Shown here piece by piece: positions 8,171 through 12,081 of a DNA stretch of 12,081 nucleotides; the first letter of the stretch is position 1, and every line of letters starts with the position of its first letter. Source of the stretch: Amoebophrya sp. A120 (taxonomy: Eukaryota > Protista > Dinoflagellata); the NCBI GenBank assembly GCA_905178155.1, contig CAJINV010000004.1:1858905-1870985 (forward strand). Reading direction: 5' to 3'. A program made the position numbers and the translations under genes. The notes beneath the pieces were generated by a model. That model ran no database searches, was not told the DNA's origin, and saw only the letters and a program-made list of their open reading frames with translations.

Positions 8171-8845
8171 AGCGGTACAACTACTACACCAGTTATTTCA
8201 ACAAGGTGTCCGGTTCTAGAAGATGAAGGGCGAGGGACGACAGTGGACAACTTTTCACGTGCAGTTGCTCGGGACGATCTCTTTCAACACCGGTATAAAA
8301 ATTACCCACATGATGGCTTCGCCTTCTCCCCGCACACCAGCAGCCAAGATCATTCCATACCACGGCCAGATGAACTCCGCGACCAGTTGCAGACCGTGAT
8401 TTTCGGGATTTCCAGTTTGACAAACAGTCTCCTTTCGCATTACGTGCAGATGCAACAGATCGAGGACGGGTTGGAATTGCTGCTGACCTGGACGAAAAGC
8501 GGGGACTGCGTTTCGACCTTCTTTTCTTGCACGACTGGGAAAAATGATTCCGGGTGGACCACAATCGGCAAAGAAGCTGCGAATAGTAGTTGTCGTCTCC
8601 GCGAGAAGGACGAAAAGAAAGATGAGAACAGGATCCCCCCTAGTTGTACAACTAGTAACGTGGTCAAGATCCCGCCGTCTCTCTTCTCCTATCTGTGCTT
8701 TTTCCGTTATTTTCAGAAAAACGAGATGCTCCGTCGCTTCCAGCAGTTATGGGATTTAGCGACGAAATTTTCAACCACGTTCGACGACCTCGCGGAGCTG
8801 CGAAAACTGCTGCAGAGGAAGGTGCAGGAAATGGAAGAAGCTGCG
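8171..8845 (+). CDS. PPR-like protein, exon 2
   Basis: Part of ORF 7997-8914 lying between two elements; PPR-like LTNSLLSHYVQMQQIEDGLELLLTW (8417-8491) and KIPPSLFSYLCFFRYFQKNEMLRRFQQLWDLA. Confidence 0.72.
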
Positions 8846-9036
8846 ATGATCATATGCACTGCAAAAGTTATCTCGTACTGGGTCTGGGAGTCATCGCATC
8901 ACAAATTTAAGTAGTCAACAGCATCAAATATGGAGTTTGTCATGCTTAGTCACCTCAGGAACGACAACGAGCACATGTCGTACCTTGCATGAAGATTGCA
9001 AGTTGGTGTACGAGTGCGATGCTTTTGCACAGGATA
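8846..9036. mobile_element. Introner subfamily B (TIR core 8853-9036); probable intron 2
   Basis: TATGCACTGCAAAAG / CTTTTGCACAGGATA TIRs; TGCG direct repeat at 8842-8845 and 9037-9040; removing 195 nt joins EEAA to PNGTDT in frame and skips TAG 8912. Confidence 0.78.
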
Positions 9037-9040
9037 TGCG

Positions 9041-9274
9041 CCGAATGGGACAGACACCCTTGGCAGGAATCACAAGCACGTTGCCCACGGAGAACTGCAG
9101 AAGACGTCCAACCCCAGCGAGCAACAGCAAGGACCGCAACTCCGCGATTTGAAGAAAGCTTCCCAGCGGATTGATCGGCTATTCCACGAGATCCGTGCGC
9201 TGGCTCTAGACGTGGGCGAGTTCGATGCGGTTTTCTGCCGAGAGGTGAAAGCAAGATTTGACAATCTCGGATGA
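9041..9274 (+). CDS. PPR-like protein, last exon (PNGTDT...QLRDLKKASQRIDRLFHEIRALALDVGEFDAVFCREVKARFDNLG*)
   Basis: Same frame as exon 2; helical, protein-like sequence; TGA 9272-9274. Confidence 0.65.
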   Translation, partial: PNGTDTLGRNHKHVAHGELQKTSNPSEQQQGPQLRDLKKASQRIDRLFHEIRALALDVGEFDAVFCREVKARFDNLG

Positions 9275-9893
9275 GCCGCAGACTTCTTTATCGATGACAC
9301 GAGTATCCCACTTAAACATCGATGAAATTTCTTCTACTAAGGCATAGATTAACTATTGGCAAGACGAAATAGCAGGTCAAGGACTCGCATAATCGCTTTG
9401 CGAAGTGTGAACTTCTACGGCATGAAGTGCAAGCGTGGGAGGAAGGTAGAAGAAAGGCAATGATGTCGATGTTCTACTGCCGTCTCTGCCTTATTTCGAC
9501 GTGTTTGAGCTTATCTTCGCACGCCTTTCTGTGTGAATCAAGTATGGTAAAACGCCTCTTGTGGCCAGGAACAGATTTTATTTGACAAAGTTGATATAAA
9601 GCAAAGCTAGACTTGAAGAGGGACCACCAGCTGGGAATCTTCATTTTCCATGAACGATATCAAAATGAAGAATACTATGCAAGGATGAGTTCCATGTAAC
9701 ATTTTGATCCGACCGACCGATCCGAAACTGCCCCCTTGTCTTTCCCGGATAGGTACTAGGGTAACACGGCCCTTGAGAACTGCAGCTGTACTTACAAGTC
9801 ACCCTATTGGGGAAATAGCACGCGCTGGCTTTTTGCCTCAATCCCGCGCACTTACAAAGTAAACTTTTTGAAAGTTTGAGTTTATCGATCATC

Positions 9894-10259
9894 ATGGCGG
9901 ACTCCAACAAATAACGGGCTGCGCGGCGGGCAAGAGAGCCGGGCTGGAAGCCGGCAAGTGGGCGAAGAAGAGACGTCGTTCCCGGACGCAAACCGGGCCG
10001 GCCGAAAGGTAGTACTACGAAGAAGAAGAGCGCGGCGATACAAGAACAACTACCCGCGGTGGCAAAAAACGAGCGCAGCGGGCGCAAGCCGACAGAAGGT
10101 GAAGCCACGGGCGGCAACGAAGAGAGGATGTTGAAAACACCGAAAGTAGAAGAACCGGGAAATGTTCCGAAGAAAGGCGCAAAGGGGAAGGGCTTGGCGG
10201 GAATAATAAAAAGAAAAACATCAAAGGCAACGGCGAGACCTACGAAAGAGCGAAAGTAA
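9894..10259 (+). pseudogene. Small K/R-rich AT-hook (HMGA-like) protein, 121 codons, with in-frame TAA at codon 7
   Basis: MADSNK*RAARRAREPGWKPASGRRRDVVPGRKPGRPKGSTTKKK...; AT-hook RKPGRPKGS at 9987-10013; same frame as track ORF 10059-10259. Confidence 0.6.
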
Positions 10260-10967
10260 CAAGTCTAATGTTATATATAGTTGTTCGATTGCAGAAACCT
10301 ATTTCGAGGTCGAAGATGTCACTTTCAAATTCTGTGGACCTATCGGTCAAACAAGCACACACCTCGGTATAAAATTAGCAATTCACGATGACAAAAATGA
10401 AGATGATGAGCGAGCAAGGATAAAGTAAAGTGATGACGTTCTACACCAAGAATGACAACACTAAAACACGAACCACGAACATCAGGCCCCTGATTATCCT
10501 AGTGATTAGCCTCACAATAATTACGTCTTGAGCTACCCTGATAGGGTGAATTTATACACGACAGCACCGGCGTTCAGAGCACGGGACCACAAATTCAAAT
10601 ACGTATCCGATCACAACTCCGTCGACCTATCCGTGTACATAGAAAACGTCGTCAGAGATCAACGCGGTAACTACGACAGTAGAACTGTAGGGTCACGGTT
10701 GTGCAGTTGTAAAGGTGTGCAAGTGCACTTTCACATTGATATTATTTGTTCGAGTTCACAAAGTTCTGCTGCCGGAGCGAGGGGAGACAGACACGAGTGC
10801 ACAAACATGAGTTGTAAAACCATCTGCTGTCACTGCCGAGTGAATCTCTGAAAAACTACGAAGGCATCACATTTGGAAAGATGAACAAACATGAAGTTGA
10901 ATTTGAGTGTATACAAGCACGAAACGTCATATCTTTTAGCTTGTGGTCTTCTAACGCACGCAAAAAG

Positions 10968-11010
10968 GAACCACGTCGACAACTGGAGGTGGTAGTAACA
11001 TCAAGGGCAA
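10968..11010 (+). repeat. Repeat R1 copy D
   Basis: GAACCACGTCGACAACTGGAGGTGGTAGTAACATCAAGGGCAA, identical to 2520-2562. Confidence 0.95.
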
Positions 11011-11138
11011 TTCGATTTCAGGGAAAAGGATACTTGAAGTCAGTGCTGCCATCGTAGAGCCAGAAACTCAAACTCGCCGATAGTAATTGTAATACAAGGA
11101 CGCAGTAGAACTATCGTATCTACACTGACAACAGCAAC

Positions 11139-12081
11139 ATGACTACATCCCTTGCACTCATTGCATCGACGTCCGGCGACGATGGCGGTAAAGATGCTCG
11201 AACTCCAACTCCCGCGGACGAGTCGACACGCATGGTGACTGCTTTGGACCATGTAGAAAGCCGGCTGCAGACGCAAACAAGCCTGATCATCCGCAGGCCG
11301 ACCCCGGACACTATTTTGGTCACGCTACCCGACTCACTCGCCGAAGAGCTCGTTCGGGCTTGCGGCTCTACGCTCGTGCGCCAAAAGCAGGTCACATCGC
11401 TGTTTGCAAGGCCTGCGATAGAACAGACCGCGACCGGCATTGACCAAGGAGATGAACCTGTTGCACAAACTCCCCCAACGACACCAGGGGCGCAGCTGAA
11501 GCCAGCACGCACGACCTTGAAAGGACCTTCACAAGAACAACTTTGGGTGACTTATTCGCGGCCCACCGATCATACCGGGAGGAGCGGCCCTGCGTACTTC
11601 GCCATCACGACGGCCTCCTGTGTAGTTAGAACTAGGCCAACTTCTTTGCACTCGGACGCGATGGACCGGCATCATGAAATCGACGCCAGCGCAAGAACTA
11701 CAGATGAGGACGTGGACCCGCTGCTTGTCCCGCTTTCGTCTGCCCAGAAAATGTTGTTGCTGAAGCAGTACGTCGAGGAAATTCTACTTTTGGGTGGATC
11801 CTGTTCATCTTCTACGCCTGGAAGTGTGGTATCGGATTCTACTCGAGCTTCATCCCTGGAGCGGGCAGATGCGTCGTGCGCTGTCGGGCCAGCAGCGGCT
11901 GCGACGAACGGCCTTCCGGGCGAAGCTTTCGCTTTGCAATCCGTGCCAGAAGGGAAAGTGGATAATAGTGCCGACGACCATTCTACAACCTTCTCCCCCA
12001 CAGGGGGCTCCACACCGACGACAGACTGCGGCGATTCATGCACGTCGGGTTGTTCCACGCCGACTGACTCTTCCGTCGAGA
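11139..12081 (+). CDS. Hypothetical S/T/P-rich protein, 5' part; open to the window end, 346 aa if joined through the terminal repeat
   Basis: My translation: ATG 11139, MTTSLALIASTSGDDGG...QKMLLLKQYVEEILLLGG...TDSSVE with no stop; in-frame TAG upstream at 11106. Absent from the ORF track because it runs off the end. Confidence 0.6.
   Translation, partial: MTTSLALIASTSGDDGGKDARTPTPADESTRMVTALDHVESRLQTQTSLIIRRPTPDTILVTLPDSLAEELVRACGSTLVRQKQVTSLFARPAIEQTATGIDQGDEPVAQTPPTTPGAQLKPARTTLKGPSQEQLWVTYSRPTDHTGRSGPAYFAITTASCVVRTRPTSLHSDAMDRHHEIDASARTTDEDVDPLLVPLSSAQKMLLLKQYVEEILLLGGSCSSSTPGSVVSDSTRASSLERADASCAVGPAAAATNGLPGEAFALQSVPEGKVDNSADDHSTTFSPTGGSTPTTDCGDSCTSGCSTPTDSSVE
11856..12081. repeat. Terminal direct repeat, copy 2
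   Basis: Identical to 1-226; the window stops at the first base of the R1 core (A226). Confidence 0.97.

Noticed and set aside
10217-10232. AACATCAAAGGCAACG, a 15/16 match to the 3' half of R1
   Set aside because: It is short, lies inside the K-rich AT-hook frame and has no visible junction; probably chance.
10528-10851. 107-aa Cys-containing ORF
   Set aside because: Non-ATG start and no recognisable domain; not supportable.

Overview
This looks like eukaryotic (protist-like) DNA rather than a prokaryotic operon region. Non-canonical, inverted-repeat-bounded intronic elements resemble the introners described in Amoebophrya/Syndiniales dinoflagellates (inference). Main content: (i) a probable ~1180-aa PPR-like gene (5281-9274) split by two TAT...ATA terminal-inverted-repeat elements whose removal restores the frame; (ii) eight copies or fragments of this introner/MITE family in two subfamilies; (iii) a small basic AT-hook ORF with one in-frame TAA; (iv) an exact 226-bp terminal direct repeat (an 11,855-bp circle or tandem unit), across which a 346-aa ORF reads. 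The most striking feature is a repeat-spacer architecture. Three unrelated 34-48-bp sequences recur as direct repeats (4, 3 plus a partial, and 2 copies), separated by ~0.5-1.1-kb pieces of other DNA, including a ~95%-identical 564-bp piece of the PPR gene and exon/introner fragments cut mid-element. Several junctions show donor-to-repeat microhomology. This suggests iterative, site-focused templated DNA capture with long target duplications, although an assembly or amplification artefact must be excluded.
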